This document shows positions 1-9,554 of a stretch of 32,000 bases of DNA, piece after piece. Position numbers and translations under genes: made by a program. This DNA comes from Bacillus subtilis subsp. subtilis str. 168 (GTDB taxonomy: Bacteria > Bacillota > Bacilli > Bacillales > Bacillaceae). The first letter of the stretch is position 1; the number at the start of each line of letters is the position of its first letter. The stretch lies in contig NC_000964.3 in the NCBI RefSeq assembly GCF_000009045.1, positions 1,320,001-1,352,000 of the forward strand, read 5' to 3'. The notes under the pieces were generated by a model. That model made no database searches, was not told the DNA's origin, and was given only the letters and a program-made list of their open reading frames with translations.

Positions 1-1
1 A

Positions 2-526
2 GGGATGAACCCTCAGCACGCGATTGTGTCCGGATTGGGGGCGATGGCATCAGATAGTGAGGGCTATCCGTGGAATGCAAAATACATTATCTCAAGCGGA
101 AACCTGCTGGCCGATTTTCGCGCTAACTTAAATGCGGAGGCCCAAGGACGCCTTCAGGTGACACGGCTTTATGCCATGACCGATGATCCAGGGGTAAGAG
201 ATATGCTGTCATTTTTGATTGCAAGGGATACCTATCATCAAAATATGTGGTACGCGGCCATTAAAGAGCTGGAGGAAAGAGAACGGGATATTGTCGTCCC
301 GACGACGTTTCCGCGTGAGCTCGAAAAGCAGGAAGTCTCCTATGACCTGTTTAACTTTTCCAGGGGAGATGAAAGCTCACAAGGAAGATGGGCACATGGG
401 GAAGCCTTTGACGGCCGGGGTGAATTCAGGTATATCCCGGCTCCGATTGCGTTCGCATCTGCGCCTCATCTTAAACCGGCGCCCATGTGGCTGCATAATA
501 CAGTTCCCCCAATGTCGAAATGTTAG
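2..526 (+). CDS. yjqC: Manganese catalase family protein (YjqC-like), 3' part, truncated by window start
   Basis: ORF open from window edge; protein ...NPQHAIVSGLGAMASDSEGYPWNAKYI...HQNMWYAAIKELEE... resembles Mn-catalase C-terminal half; position immediately left of PBSX xkdA. Confidence 0.8.
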   Translation, partial: GMNPQHAIVSGLGAMASDSEGYPWNAKYIISSGNLLADFRANLNAEAQGRLQVTRLYAMTDDPGVRDMLSFLIARDTYHQNMWYAAIKELEERERDIVVPTTFPRELEKQEVSYDLFNFSRGDESSQGRWAHGEAFDGRGEFRYIPAPIAFASAPHLKPAPMWLHNTVPPMSKC

Positions 527-536
527 GTTCTCTTCT

Positions 537-568
537 GGGCTGAGGAATATATCCTCAGCCCGTATTTG
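537..568. terminator. Hairpin GGGCTGAGGA-atata-TCCTCAGCCC between convergent yjqC and xkdA (weak T tract)
   Basis: Perfect 10-bp inverted repeat 537-546/552-561. Confidence 0.5.
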
Positions 569-569
569 A

Positions 570-1166
570 TCAGATGTTTTTACCAATATGATATAACGCT
601 TTTTCCTCAGCGACCTGCAAGTGCTGCTGATCGCCTTCCTCGTACGCATTTGGCCGCTTGTGAGATAATAAATAAGCGAGCCGCTTCTGAAATTGAATAC
701 CTGCTTTACGCCGTTCAAACATGTCAAGCCTTTTATCAGCAAATTCCTTTGTTACCCGGAATACCGCCGCAATTGTGGCGAGTGCCTGGCTTCTCCATTG
801 CGGCAGTTCCATCTGCAACAGCATAAAGGTTGGCACACAGAAGTGGTACATAAATTGATTTGCCTGGAATTCCTGAAGCTCTCTGAAGAGCTTGTTCATC
901 TGAAAATGATTGCCTGCATGCTTTAACACGTGGCACAGCTCATGGCCAAAATCCTCCCATTGCTCTTCCCGTGACTTTTTTTGGTTCAATACGATACTGT
1001 ACATGCCGTCGTATTTCACCATCATGCTCCCCATATCCTCAAAATGCACCCAAATATCCAGATCCTTTGCGATTTTCAGCATGTCAATGTGATGAGGGGA
1101 TGTGATGCCCAGCCGGCCGTATAAATTTTTAACGTATTCCTCCAGATGTGATAAGTAATCGCCCAA
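570..1166 (-). CDS. xkdA: ImmA/IrrE-family metallopeptidase-like protein of PBSX (XkdA)
   Basis: 198-aa ORF with HELCHVLKH zinc-peptidase-like motif, adjacent to xre repressor. Confidence 0.85.
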   Translation of the reverse strand: MGDYLSHLEEYVKNLYGRLGITSPHHIDMLKIAKDLDIWVHFEDMGSMMVKYDGMYSIVLNQKKSREEQWEDFGHELCHVLKHAGNHFQMNKLFRELQEFQANQFMYHFCVPTFMLLQMELPQWRSQALATIAAVFRVTKEFADKRLDMFERRKAGIQFQKRLAYLLSHKRPNAYEEGDQQHLQVAEEKALYHIGKNI

Positions 1167-1328
1167 TTGAATACTCCCTTTCGAACGTTTGTTCTGTTTT
1201 TAGCGAGAAAGAAAAGCCCGTATAGGACTGGAAGGTAGTGTAGAAATCTTTCCCTTTTCTTTAAAAAATAAACACTTTTTTCTTTATATCGGTCTACTTT
1301 TTATATGTTTTAGAGAACAGAGAACGAT

Positions 1329-1670
1329 TTATTTATTTTTCGGTTTGCGGTTTTTCTCTTTTTCTTTTAAATAGTTGATAAATTCGATGGCCTGCTGTTT
1401 GCTTTCTGGGGAAAAATCCTGCATATCGCGGTATGCAAGCTGCAGGTCCGGATCTGAGAACATATCGTCATCGGATTTTTTGTCTTTCCCCGTTAATAAG
1501 TAATCAGTCGTTACTTGAAAGTAATCAGCCAGCTTTTGGAGTGTGTCGTAATCGGGTTCGCTTCGCCCGTTTTCATAGTGGGAATATCGTGCCCGTGACA
1601 CACCGATGTGTGATGCGATTTCTTCCTGTGTCCTTTTCCCTCTGAGACTCTTCAATCTGCCGCCTATCAT
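1329..1670 (-). CDS. xre: PBSX HTH-type transcriptional repressor Xre (113 aa; start [11 protein letters not shown])
   Basis: HTH_XRE domain [49 protein letters not shown]; ATG at 1670; divergent from early operon. Confidence 0.93.
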
Positions 1671-1716
1671 ACTATGACCTCTCTTTTTTAAACTCCCTAC
1701 GTTACTTATGATTATA

Positions 1717-1823
1717 GATACAAAATGTATCAAAATAAAGTTATGATAAAAAAAGTATCAAAAATAACTTGATGATACAGAATGTATCGTTTATACTTGG
1801 TAACATCCGATACAAAATGTATC
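1717..1823. promoter_or_regulatory. Four Xre operator boxes: 1717-1731 GATACAAAATGTATC, 1745-1759 GATAAAAAAAGTATC, 1774-1788 GATACAGAATGTATC, 1809-1823 GATACAAAATGTATC
   Basis: Repeated 15-bp dyads in the divergent xre/early-operon intergenic region. Confidence 0.9.
1769..1797 (+). promoter_or_regulatory. SigA-type promoter candidate for early operon: TTGATG-N17-TATACT
   Basis: -35 at 1769-1774, 17-bp spacer, -10 at 1792-1797, overlapping an Xre operator. Confidence 0.65.
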
Positions 1824-1847
1824 AAAAAAGATCAGGAGAGTGATCAC

Positions 1848-2027
1848 ATGTATCCGATCCAAATCGTTTTTAGTGAAAATCCCATAGATCAGCGCCATCT
1901 CGGACAATCCGGCGGCACCATTTCGTTTACCGCATGCGGCCTTCCGGTGTTTCACTTTGAAACGCAGGAACAGTTTCAAGCATACATGATGTTAAAAGGA
2001 GAAGCGGCGTACAATGAAAAACGATAA
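1848..2027 (+). CDS. Small PBSX early protein (59 aa), unknown function
   Basis: ORF MYPIQIVFSENPIDQRHLGQSGGTISFTACG...; GGAGAG upstream of ATG 1848. Confidence 0.6.
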   Translation: MYPIQIVFSENPIDQRHLGQSGGTISFTACGLPVFHFETQEQFQAYMMLKGEAAYNEKR

Positions 2028-2850
2028 AAGCTATCCTTTTCCGACGTATTCAGGGTTGTTGAATTCAGAACATTATGACAAAATTGGCCCGGCGTTATGG
2101 CTGTTTCTCTGGTTTATCAGCTCAACAACAAAAGAAATCGAAAAAGACGGCGTAAGCTGGGGCATCGTACTCGGCCATAAGCCGTTAAAAGCGAGAGAAA
2201 TGGCGGCAGTCTTCGGCGTAAGTGAAAAAACCGTCAGAAGATGGCTGGAGCTTCTCGAAAACCATGATTACATAAAGGCCGTCCGTGCGCCATACGGACT
2301 GATGATTTCGGTCAAGCATTCAAAAAAATTCAGCTTCAGATCGGACAATACTGTACACGGGAGTCTAAAAGAACGGCCATTTTCGCCGCAGACACCGGAC
2401 ACAAACGACCGTACAGATATAGATAAAACAAACAAATATACTGCTGCTGATGATGCAGTGGATCACATTGCGAAGCGGTTTACACAATTACGGTCGGCTC
2501 AAGAAGGACGCACCGTGTATCCTTCCTCAAGAGATTATCAAGCCATCGCCCGCATTGTTGCCATCGGCGTTCCTGTCACGCAAACAATCAAATGGCTTGA
2601 AGAATGCTTTCAGGCTTTTGAAAACCGGCGGACCGCCGCTTCTGAAACAATCAAGGCTTTTCGCTACTGCTCGAAATTCATTGAAGATCGATTTTTCGCG
2701 CAGCAAGCCAAAAAGAATGCCGCAATTCAGCATGAGAGGATGAAAAAACATGACAAAACGAACAATCGAACAGATTTTGGACGAGCTGAGAAGAGGGAGA
2801 CGTCCATTACTGGCGGACAAACCGGCCGAATCAGACGCAAGCAGGTATGA
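2014..2850 (+). CDS. xkdB: PBSX replication-type protein XkdB (winged-helix/DnaD-like)
   Basis: 278-aa ORF, N-terminal winged helix-like region EMAAVFGVSEKTVRRWLELLENHDYIK; directly upstream of DnaC-like gene. Confidence 0.88.
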   Translation: MKNDKSYPFPTYSGLLNSEHYDKIGPALWLFLWFISSTTKEIEKDGVSWGIVLGHKPLKAREMAAVFGVSEKTVRRWLELLENHDYIKAVRAPYGLMISVKHSKKFSFRSDNTVHGSLKERPFSPQTPDTNDRTDIDKTNKYTAADDAVDHIAKRFTQLRSAQEGRTVYPSSRDYQAIARIVAIGVPVTQTIKWLEECFQAFENRRTAASETIKAFRYCSKFIEDRFFAQQAKKNAAIQHERMKKHDKTNNRTDFGRAEKRETSITGGQTGRIRRKQV

Positions 2851-3550
2851 TTGCCTGCGCTGCAAGGATCAGGGAGGTTATCTCGTCAGGCAGAATGGCC
2901 TGGAAGTCTGGACGATGTGCAGCTGCATGGCAGAACGAAAAGTGAAGCGGCTGCTGGGTGCAAGTGAGATTACCCACGCTTTCAGACAGCTCGGCTTCAA
3001 GGAATTCCGCACGGAGGGAAAGCCGCAGGCCATAAAAGACGCATTTGAGTGTACAAAAGAGTATGTTGCCGATTATGAACAAATCAAGGATTGCCGAAAA
3101 AACAGCATTGCCCTTTTAGGACAGCCCGGATCAGGGAAAACACACCTTTTGACCGCCGCAGCCAACGAATTAATGAGAACATGCTATGTGCCTGTCATTT
3201 ATTTTCCGTTCGTGGAAGGCTTTACTGATCTGAAAAATGATTTTGCCCTATTAGAAGCGAAGCTGAACCGGATGAAGCAGGCGGATGTGCTGTTCATTGA
3301 TGATCTGTTTAAACCGGTTAACGGCAAACCCCGCGCTACAGATTGGCAATTAGAGCAAATGTATTCGGTACTCAACTATCGCTACTTAAATCATAAACCG
3401 ATTTTGCTTTCGAGCGAGCTGACAATTGAAGGACTTGTACGGGTCGATGAAGCGCTCGGCACGAGAATCTATGAGATGTGCAGTGACTATTTAGTGATTA
3501 TCAAAGGAGCAGCCTACGAGCTTAACCATAGATTGGAGGGCGTCAGATAA
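2750..3550 (+). CDS. xkdC: DnaC/DnaI-like helicase loader ATPase XkdC
   Basis: 266 aa; Cys cluster CLRCKDQGG...MCSC and Walker A LLGQPGSGKTHLL. Confidence 0.92.
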   Translation: MTKRTIEQILDELRRGRRPLLADKPAESDASRYDCLRCKDQGGYLVRQNGLEVWTMCSCMAERKVKRLLGASEITHAFRQLGFKEFRTEGKPQAIKDAFECTKEYVADYEQIKDCRKNSIALLGQPGSGKTHLLTAAANELMRTCYVPVIYFPFVEGFTDLKNDFALLEAKLNRMKQADVLFIDDLFKPVNGKPRATDWQLEQMYSVLNYRYLNHKPILLSSELTIEGLVRVDEALGTRIYEMCSDYLVIIKGAAYELNHRLEGVR

Positions 3551-3717
3551 TGTGTAAGCTTTGTCAAACAAAGAAAGTCATTGTGGAACATACCGGTATT
3601 GGAGTTGTTTTTCATCCATGTCCGAACTGCCGGTCCGGCACTGACTTAACGCCTGTCATTCAAAAGCTGGAGCAAATGCTGACAGCGGGAAAAGCGAGGC
3701 TGAATATCTATGATTAA
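3550..3717 (+). CDS. Small CxxC...CxxC putative zinc-binding protein (55 aa)
   Basis: ATG overlaps xkdC stop (taATG); MCKLCQTKKVIVEHTGIGVVFHPCPNCRSGTDLTPVIQKLEQMLTAGKARLNIYD. Confidence 0.6.
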   Translation: MCKLCQTKKVIVEHTGIGVVFHPCPNCRSGTDLTPVIQKLEQMLTAGKARLNIYD

Positions 3718-3805
3718 ACAGCTGACTGCTCTAATCGCTTTGCTGTTTCGGGCAAAGCGAACAGAAAAAAACATTGAACAATGGTATAAGGACGACGGGA
3801 AGTGA
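3710..3805 (+). CDS. 31-aa ORF MIKQLTALIALLFRAKRTEKNIEQWYKDDGK, overlapping neighbours on both sides
   Basis: Compact overlap arrangement only; weak evidence. Confidence 0.3.
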   Translation: MIKQLTALIALLFRAKRTEKNIEQWYKDDGK

Positions 3806-4152
3806 AAGTGTTGGCAAAGACAAAACAGGCAGAGAAAAGCCCTGCGCCGTGGCGTGCTGTCCCGTGCGGGGATACGAAACCGATCTATATTTATTCAGCT
3901 TACAGTGAAGAAGAAAAAGAAAGATTTCCGTACTCAAACGGGCGGCTGATTGCAGCTGTATTTGACCTCAGCTCTTATTCGCAAAAAAGCAATGCCTCTT
4001 TGATGGCCGCTGCGCCTGAATTGCTGGAAGCGTCTAAAGCAGCACTTGATTTTCTGAAAGGGAATTCTATTCATTCAAAGGAGCGTATCATTCAGCTATT
4101 AGAAAAAGCTGAAGCAAGCGCTGCACCGAAAAGGGGAGGAAATAAAACATGA
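3802..4152 (+). CDS. xkdD: PBSX protein XkdD, unknown function
   Basis: 116-aa ORF (GTG start) in operon position between xkdC and xtrA. Confidence 0.75.
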   Translation: MKVLAKTKQAEKSPAPWRAVPCGDTKPIYIYSAYSEEEKERFPYSNGRLIAAVFDLSSYSQKSNASLMAAAPELLEASKAALDFLKGNSIHSKERIIQLLEKAEASAAPKRGGNKT

Positions 4153-4355
4153 TTCATCCGAAAAAACTGCTGCATATCGATTCCGTCACGCTTAAGAGCC
4201 AGCTGGAGGACGGGAAAATCCGTGTCATTATTGTGGACGGCATCAAGCAAGAAGCATGGATCACAGAAGCGCCAGAGCATGGAAAAACGCTCGTCGAAAC
4301 AAGAAAGGGCGATCTTGCTCGTGTGGAATTTGAAATCGGCTACAAATTAAATTAA
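4149..4355 (+). CDS. xtrA: PBSX protein XtrA (68 aa)
   Basis: ORF MIHPKKLLHIDSVTLKSQLEDGKIRVIIVDG...; position upstream of xpf. Confidence 0.8.
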   Translation: MIHPKKLLHIDSVTLKSQLEDGKIRVIIVDGIKQEAWITEAPEHGKTLVETRKGDLARVEFEIGYKLN

Positions 4356-4470
4356 AGCGAAAACAGAATACGTCCAAGACGGAAAGCCTGCGGACACTGA
4401 TCAACTGCACAGCATTTGTGCGTTGATTGGTGTCCGTTTTTTATTTGCCAAAAATGAGGAGGATCATAGA

Positions 4471-4980
4471 ATGCAAGACTTACTATTTGAATATAAACGC
4501 ACGCTCAAACAAACAAGAATACAATATAAACCGCTCGCTGAGGCAGATGAATCCGTGCTCTCAGCTGAAGAGCTGAAGGATAAAAAAATCATCAGAAATA
4601 TGATTACTGATCTTGAATATGTAACAGAATGGCTTGAAAAAGGAAGGCAGCCCGGCATCAGACGGGCGATTGACCGGCGTGATGTTTACCAGCGGCTGAT
4701 GATCAAGGACCCGAGAATCATCGAATCATTTTCCAGCGCTATGATGTTTGAGCCGGACGGACAGGTATCAGAAGAAGACAGAGATAGAATTCGAGAAGCA
4801 TTAGCCCTGTTAACGGACAGAGAAAAGGAAATGTTTTTGCTGCATAAGGTAGAATGTTTTTCTTATGAACGGATCGCCGATCTTCTCGGCGTAAAAAAAT
4901 CGACAGTGCAAACGACGATTAAACGGGCGAGTTTAAAGATGCAAAGACAGCAGGAAGAAATGAATCGATCACTTGCCTGA
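4471..4980 (+). CDS. xpf: RNA polymerase sigma factor-like positive regulator of late operon, Xpf (169 aa)
   Basis: C-terminal region 4-like HTH: LTDREKEMFLLHKVECFSYERIADLLGVKKSTVQTTIKRA; internal ATG 4471 preferred. Confidence 0.92.
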   Translation: MQDLLFEYKRTLKQTRIQYKPLAEADESVLSAEELKDKKIIRNMITDLEYVTEWLEKGRQPGIRRAIDRRDVYQRLMIKDPRIIESFSSAMMFEPDGQVSEEDRDRIREALALLTDREKEMFLLHKVECFSYERIADLLGVKKSTVQTTIKRASLKMQRQQEEMNRSLA

Positions 4981-5027
4981 AAGCTTGTCATACGTTTGCC
5001 ACCTATAAGTGAATAGAGCATGACACT

Positions 5028-5054
5028 AAGCGGCTGGCTGATCAGCCGCTTTTA
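5028..5054 (+). terminator. Hairpin AAGCGGCTG-gctgat-CAGCCGCTT + TTTAT after xpf
   Basis: 9-bp inverted repeat 5028-5036/5043-5051 followed by T-rich tail. Confidence 0.7.
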
Positions 5055-5095
5055 TGAATAAACAACCATGCTGGAGGTGGCGGTGATGCAGTAGC

Positions 5096-5893
5096 ATGAA
5101 AACACAACAGCGCGAACAAGCATTAGCAATCTATCAACAACATCAAGGAAAGATCACAAATCGGGCGATTGCGGACACAATCGGTGTTTCCGCGAAAACA
5201 ATCGGCATCTGGAAAAAACAAGACAAATGGAAAGAGGCGCTGTTTTCTGCGTCCAAAAACGAACAAAAACAGCGCCCTATAAACAACGATGAATTAAATG
5301 AACGCCAGCGGCTGTTTTGCCTGTATTACGTCAAAAGCTTCAATGCCACACAGTCAGCAATCAAAGCGGGCTATTCTCCGGACAGCGCTCATGTGACGGG
5401 CAGCCGACTCTTAAAAAACGAAAAGGTCGCTGCTGAAATTAGACGCATTAAAAAAGAAATGGTCAATGAAATGTTTATTGAAGCGATGGATGTGCTGCAG
5501 GTTTATATCAAGATCGCGTTTGCGGATATTACGGACTATGTGACCTTTGGAAAAAAAGAGGTCCAGGCTGTCGGGAAATCGGGTCCGCTGTTTGATGAAG
5601 ATGATAATCCGATTATGAAGGAAATCAGCTTTGTCGATGTCAAAGACTCCGGGCTCGTTGATGGCACCATTGTAACGGAAGCAAAGCTTGGGAAAGAAGG
5701 CATTGCCATCAAGCTTGCAGATAAAATGAAGGCGCTTGAGAAGCTATCCTTATATTTTGATTTGTTTCCAGATCAATTTAAACAAAAAATTGAAAATGAG
5801 AAATTGAAGCTTGCCAAACAAAAAGCGGAGAAAACAGATGACAGCCAGGAGCCGATTGAAATTATGATCAAACGAAAAGAGCGCAAGTCATGA
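5096..5893 (+). CDS. xtmA: Terminase small subunit XtmA
   Basis: 265 aa; HTH and [39 protein letters not shown] typical of terminase_2 family. Confidence 0.93.
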   Translation: MKTQQREQALAIYQQHQGKITNRAIADTIGVSAKTIGIWKKQDKWKEALFSASKNEQKQRPINNDELNERQRLFCLYYVKSFNATQSAIKAGYSPDSAHVTGSRLLKNEKVAAEIRRIKKEMVNEMFIEAMDVLQVYIKIAFADITDYVTFGKKEVQAVGKSGPLFDEDDNPIMKEISFVDVKDSGLVDGTIVTEAKLGKEGIAIKLADKMKALEKLSLYFDLFPDQFKQKIENEKLKLAKQKAEKTDDSQEPIEIMIKRKERKS

Positions 5894-7191
5894 TTGTAAA
5901 AGAAATCAACCCTCATTTCGAAGATTACGTGTTCAATTGGGAGCAGACGTACCAGTTTCTTGTCGGCGGCTACGGCTCATCCAAAAGCTATCATACCGCA
6001 TTGAAAATCGTGCTAAAGCTGCTGAAGGAAAAACGGACGGCCCTTGTGATCCGGGAGGTGTTCGATACCCATCGGGATTCGACCTTCGCCTTGTTTCAAG
6101 AGGTGATCGAAGAGCTCGGTCTCACAAAGGCCGTGGCATCTCTTTCTTCCCCGCTGCAGCTGCGATTTCACAATGGCAGCCGGATCATGTTCAAAGGAAT
6201 GGACAATCCGGCAAAATTAAAATCGGTTCATAACATTTCATTAATATGGATTGAAGAGTGCTCAGAGGTGAAGTATGAGGGGTTCAAGGAGTTAATCGGA
6301 CGTCTTCGCCATCCTGAGCTAAAGCTTCATATGATCTGTACCACCAATCCCGTCGGCACCTCCAATTGGACGTATAGGCATTTTTTTCGGGATGAACGCA
6401 AGAAACGGTTTGTGCTGGATGACAGCGAACTTTACGAAAAGCGGACGATTGTAAAGGGAGATACGTATTACCATCATTCCACCGCTAACGACAATCTTTT
6501 TCTCCCGGAAAGCTATGTGAAACAGCTTGACGGACTCAAAGAGTATGATCCCGACCTGTACCGGATTGCCCGAAAAGGACGATTCGGCGTCAACGGGATC
6601 AGGGTGCTGCCGCAGTTCGAGGTACTCCCGCATGATCAAGTGAAAAAATGTATCGCAGCCATCAGCAAACCAATCTTTCGTACAGGTATGGATTTTGGAT
6701 TCGAGGAATCCTATAATGCCGTCGTCCGGCTTGCTGTAGATCCTGAAAAAAAATACCTCTACATTTATTGGGAGTATTATCAAAATAAAATGACAGATGA
6801 TAGGACGGCTGAGGAGCTGCGTGAGTTTATTGAGACACAGGAATTGATCAAAGCCGACTCGGCTGAGCCGAAAAGCATTCAATATTTCCGCCAGCAGGGC
6901 TTTCGGATGGTTGGAGCCAGAAAGTTTCCCGGCTCCAGGCTTCAATATACCAAAAAGGTAAAACGGTTCAAAAAAATCTTCTGTTCGGACCGCTGTGAAA
7001 ATGTCATCTATGAGCTCGAGACACTTACGTATGCCAAAGATAAAAACGGAGCTCTGATTGAGGATGAATTCACGATTGACCCGCATACGCTTTCTGCCAT
7101 TTGGTATGCGCTTGATGATTATGAGGTTGCTGATATGAAAGAGACAGCACACAAACGAATGCGGCCGAACCGAGAAAGGAGGAGGTCATAA
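5890..7191 (+). CDS. xtmB: Terminase large subunit XtmB
   Basis: 433 aa; [15 protein letters not shown] ATPase motif, IWIEECSEV Walker B, nuclease-domain [11 protein letters not shown]. Confidence 0.94.
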   Translation: MIVKEINPHFEDYVFNWEQTYQFLVGGYGSSKSYHTALKIVLKLLKEKRTALVIREVFDTHRDSTFALFQEVIEELGLTKAVASLSSPLQLRFHNGSRIMFKGMDNPAKLKSVHNISLIWIEECSEVKYEGFKELIGRLRHPELKLHMICTTNPVGTSNWTYRHFFRDERKKRFVLDDSELYEKRTIVKGDTYYHHSTANDNLFLPESYVKQLDGLKEYDPDLYRIARKGRFGVNGIRVLPQFEVLPHDQVKKCIAAISKPIFRTGMDFGFEESYNAVVRLAVDPEKKYLYIYWEYYQNKMTDDRTAEELREFIETQELIKADSAEPKSIQYFRQQGFRMVGARKFPGSRLQYTKKVKRFKKIFCSDRCENVIYELETLTYAKDKNGALIEDEFTIDPHTLSAIWYALDDYEVADMKETAHKRMRPNRERRRS

Positions 7192-7194
7192 ATC

Positions 7195-8682
7195 ATGCAC
7201 AACCAAACAGTCAGAGCAACTGTATTTAAAGCCAATGCCGCGGCTCCTCAGACAAAGCAAATCTATGAAGATGACTTTTCTGAGCTGTACGGAGAGGACA
7301 TTATTGCTCCGCCCTATAATATCATCGAGCTCAAAACCATTGCCGAATACTCGACCATTCTTCAGCAATGCATTGATGCGTACAGAGTGAATATTACAGG
7401 CTTTGGATTCGATGTTGAGTACACATTTGATGTCAACGCAAGTGATGTCGATCAGGCAAAAAAGAAAAGAGCGGAAAAAGACTGGGCCAGACTCGAAGCC
7501 TTTTATAAATGTCTTCACTTTGATGAATCAGCTGAAATGATTTTAGGCTATGCCATCGAAGACAGAGAAAAAACAGGCAACGGATTTATGGAAGTGCTTC
7601 GCGACGGGGCGGGAAAACCTGCCGGCATCGAATATTTAGATGTGAAATATATGCGTGTATGCGGAGCAGGCGAGCCTGTAGAGGTTTCATTTGTATATGA
7701 AGAAAACGGGAAAATGAAAAGGATCAAAAGGCAAAAACGCTTCCGAAAATATGTGCAGATGATCAATGGAAAGAAAGTATTTTTTAAAGAATACGGCGAT
7801 CCGCGAAAAATGGATATTCGCACAGGTGAATATGTAAACACATTGGCAGAGAAGTATCAAGCAAATGAAGCCATTCACCTCAAAATCGGAAGCGGCGTAT
7901 ACGGTGTACCCCGCTGGATCGGCAATATTGTCAATTTATACGGGGCCCGAAAAGCAGAAGAGCTCAATTTTATGTATTTTAAGCAGGGGCGTCACGTCCC
8001 CGCTGCGATTACAGTGGAAAACGGGATGCTGTCTGAAGCTTCTTACCGGGAGCTGCAGGAATACATGAATGATCTTGAAGGCGTGGAGAACGCCCATAAA
8101 TTTCTCCTGATCGAAGCGGAAGGAATCGCAAAAGAAAAGGATCTCCACGGAGGCGAGGATATTACGCCGGTTTCCGTGGAAATCAAATCTTTGGCTGAAA
8201 TTCTCCAAAACGACGCCTTGTTTCTTGAATACGATGAAAAAAGCAGAAATAAGCTGCGTTCCGCGTTCCGTCTCCCCCCGCTGTATACAGGCGAGGCCCA
8301 GGAATACAACCGGGCGACAGCGGATACTGCTAGAAAAATTACGGAGGAGCAGGTTTTTCAGCCGGAGCGAAAAACTCTCGTGAATAAACTGAACACGCTG
8401 CTTTTGCCGGAGCTGAATATCCATGACGTCAGGCTGACATTAAAAGGACCGGACTTTCGTGATCCGCTTGAGATTGCGAAGGTGCTCGGTCCTTTTATTA
8501 CAGCCGGAGCAGTCTCGCCGAATGATTTACGCGACCTTGCCGGACGGGTGCTTGGCAAAACACTTGAGGAGTGGCCGGAGGACATTTATAAACGGCCTGC
8601 AGGACAGGATGCGGAAAAGACAAACCTGGCTGCGCTCATGCAGGAGCTGAAAGAAAGCATCGAAGATATCAAAACGTCCTGA
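7195..8682 (+). CDS. xkdE: Portal protein XkdE
   Basis: 495 aa phage portal-like; follows terminase. Confidence 0.9.
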   Translation: MHNQTVRATVFKANAAAPQTKQIYEDDFSELYGEDIIAPPYNIIELKTIAEYSTILQQCIDAYRVNITGFGFDVEYTFDVNASDVDQAKKKRAEKDWARLEAFYKCLHFDESAEMILGYAIEDREKTGNGFMEVLRDGAGKPAGIEYLDVKYMRVCGAGEPVEVSFVYEENGKMKRIKRQKRFRKYVQMINGKKVFFKEYGDPRKMDIRTGEYVNTLAEKYQANEAIHLKIGSGVYGVPRWIGNIVNLYGARKAEELNFMYFKQGRHVPAAITVENGMLSEASYRELQEYMNDLEGVENAHKFLLIEAEGIAKEKDLHGGEDITPVSVEIKSLAEILQNDALFLEYDEKSRNKLRSAFRLPPLYTGEAQEYNRATADTARKITEEQVFQPERKTLVNKLNTLLLPELNIHDVRLTLKGPDFRDPLEIAKVLGPFITAGAVSPNDLRDLAGRVLGKTLEEWPEDIYKRPAGQDAEKTNLAALMQELKESIEDIKTS

Positions 8683-8701
8683 AGGGAGGTGAATCAAGCA
8701 G

Positions 8702-9529
8702 GTGGCGCGAGAATTAAGAAATGCCAAAATCAGCTTTGTCAGTTATGTGGACAAGGCGGCTAACCAGACAGAATTTTTCTTTACGAAGTCAGCCGAACCT
8801 CCGTCATTTGAAAAAAAGGTTCGGCTGTTTACAAAAAGTGAGCAGGATGAACAAAAGCTCGTGTACGGAATCGTGTATGAGCCTGATGTTCCTGATGCCC
8901 ACGGCGATTTTATGACCGCCGAGGAAATTGAAAAAGCGGCGCACGGTTTTCTCGCGGAGGCACGGGAGATTGATATCAATCACAGCTTTGAGGGCGGAAC
9001 CGGCGTCGTGGTCGAGTCCTATGTGGCGCCCGATGATTTTATGATCGGATCAAAGCGGATTACAAAGGGCTCATGGGTACTCGTGACAAGAGCGTCTGAC
9101 GAGGTGTGGGAACAGATTAAGGCTGGAATTATCACCGGCTACAGCATGGCTGGCACTGCAGATGTGTATGAAGAAGAACCGGTCGAAAAAGCAGGGTTCT
9201 TTAGTGTATTCAAGCAAATGCTTGCTGACAAAACAGGGAAGGAGACTGAAGAAATGAGAAAAGAAGACATGAAAGAATCATTCGAGCATGCGCTTTACCC
9301 TCTGCTCAAACGGCTTGAGCGGATTGAAAAAAACACAGACACGGAGGAAAAGCCGGAGCAGACGGGTGATGACGAGCGTCTGAAAAAGCTCGTTGAAGAC
9401 ATGCTTGCCCCGCTGATCGAACGCATCGAGGCTTTGGAAAAAGCGCGAGGCGCGTCTAAGCAGACAGCGGACGATACGGGCGGCAATACAGAGCAAGTCA
9501 AAAAATCAATCTGGAGCGGACTGCTGTAA
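8702..9529 (+). CDS. xkdF: XkdF, putative prohead protease/scaffold-type protein
   Basis: 275 aa, [21 protein letters not shown]...[10 protein letters not shown]; between portal and capsid. Confidence 0.85.
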   Translation: MARELRNAKISFVSYVDKAANQTEFFFTKSAEPPSFEKKVRLFTKSEQDEQKLVYGIVYEPDVPDAHGDFMTAEEIEKAAHGFLAEAREIDINHSFEGGTGVVVESYVAPDDFMIGSKRITKGSWVLVTRASDEVWEQIKAGIITGYSMAGTADVYEEEPVEKAGFFSVFKQMLADKTGKETEEMRKEDMKESFEHALYPLLKRLERIEKNTDTEEKPEQTGDDERLKKLVEDMLAPLIERIEALEKARGASKQTADDTGGNTEQVKKSIWSGLL

Positions 9530-9554
9530 AACCAGTCAAGGAGGAGGAAATCAA

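Noticed and set aside
2450-2865. Overlapping ORFs 2450-2743 (+) and 2527-2865 (-) in the xkdB region
   Set aside because: Alternative-frame readings inside xkdB, lacking homology-like features or RBS.
4423-4470. N-terminal extension of Xpf (MIGVRFLFAKNEEDHR)
   Set aside because: ATG 4471 preceded by GAGGA gives the expected 169-aa protein; the extension overlaps likely ribosome-binding sequence.
6319-7152. 277-aa minus-strand ORF opposite xtmB
   Set aside because: Fully antisense to a strongly supported terminase gene; composition looks like complement of coding sequence and no RBS or domain recognised.
7936-8424. 162-aa minus-strand ORF opposite xkdE
   Set aside because: Shadow ORF of the portal gene.
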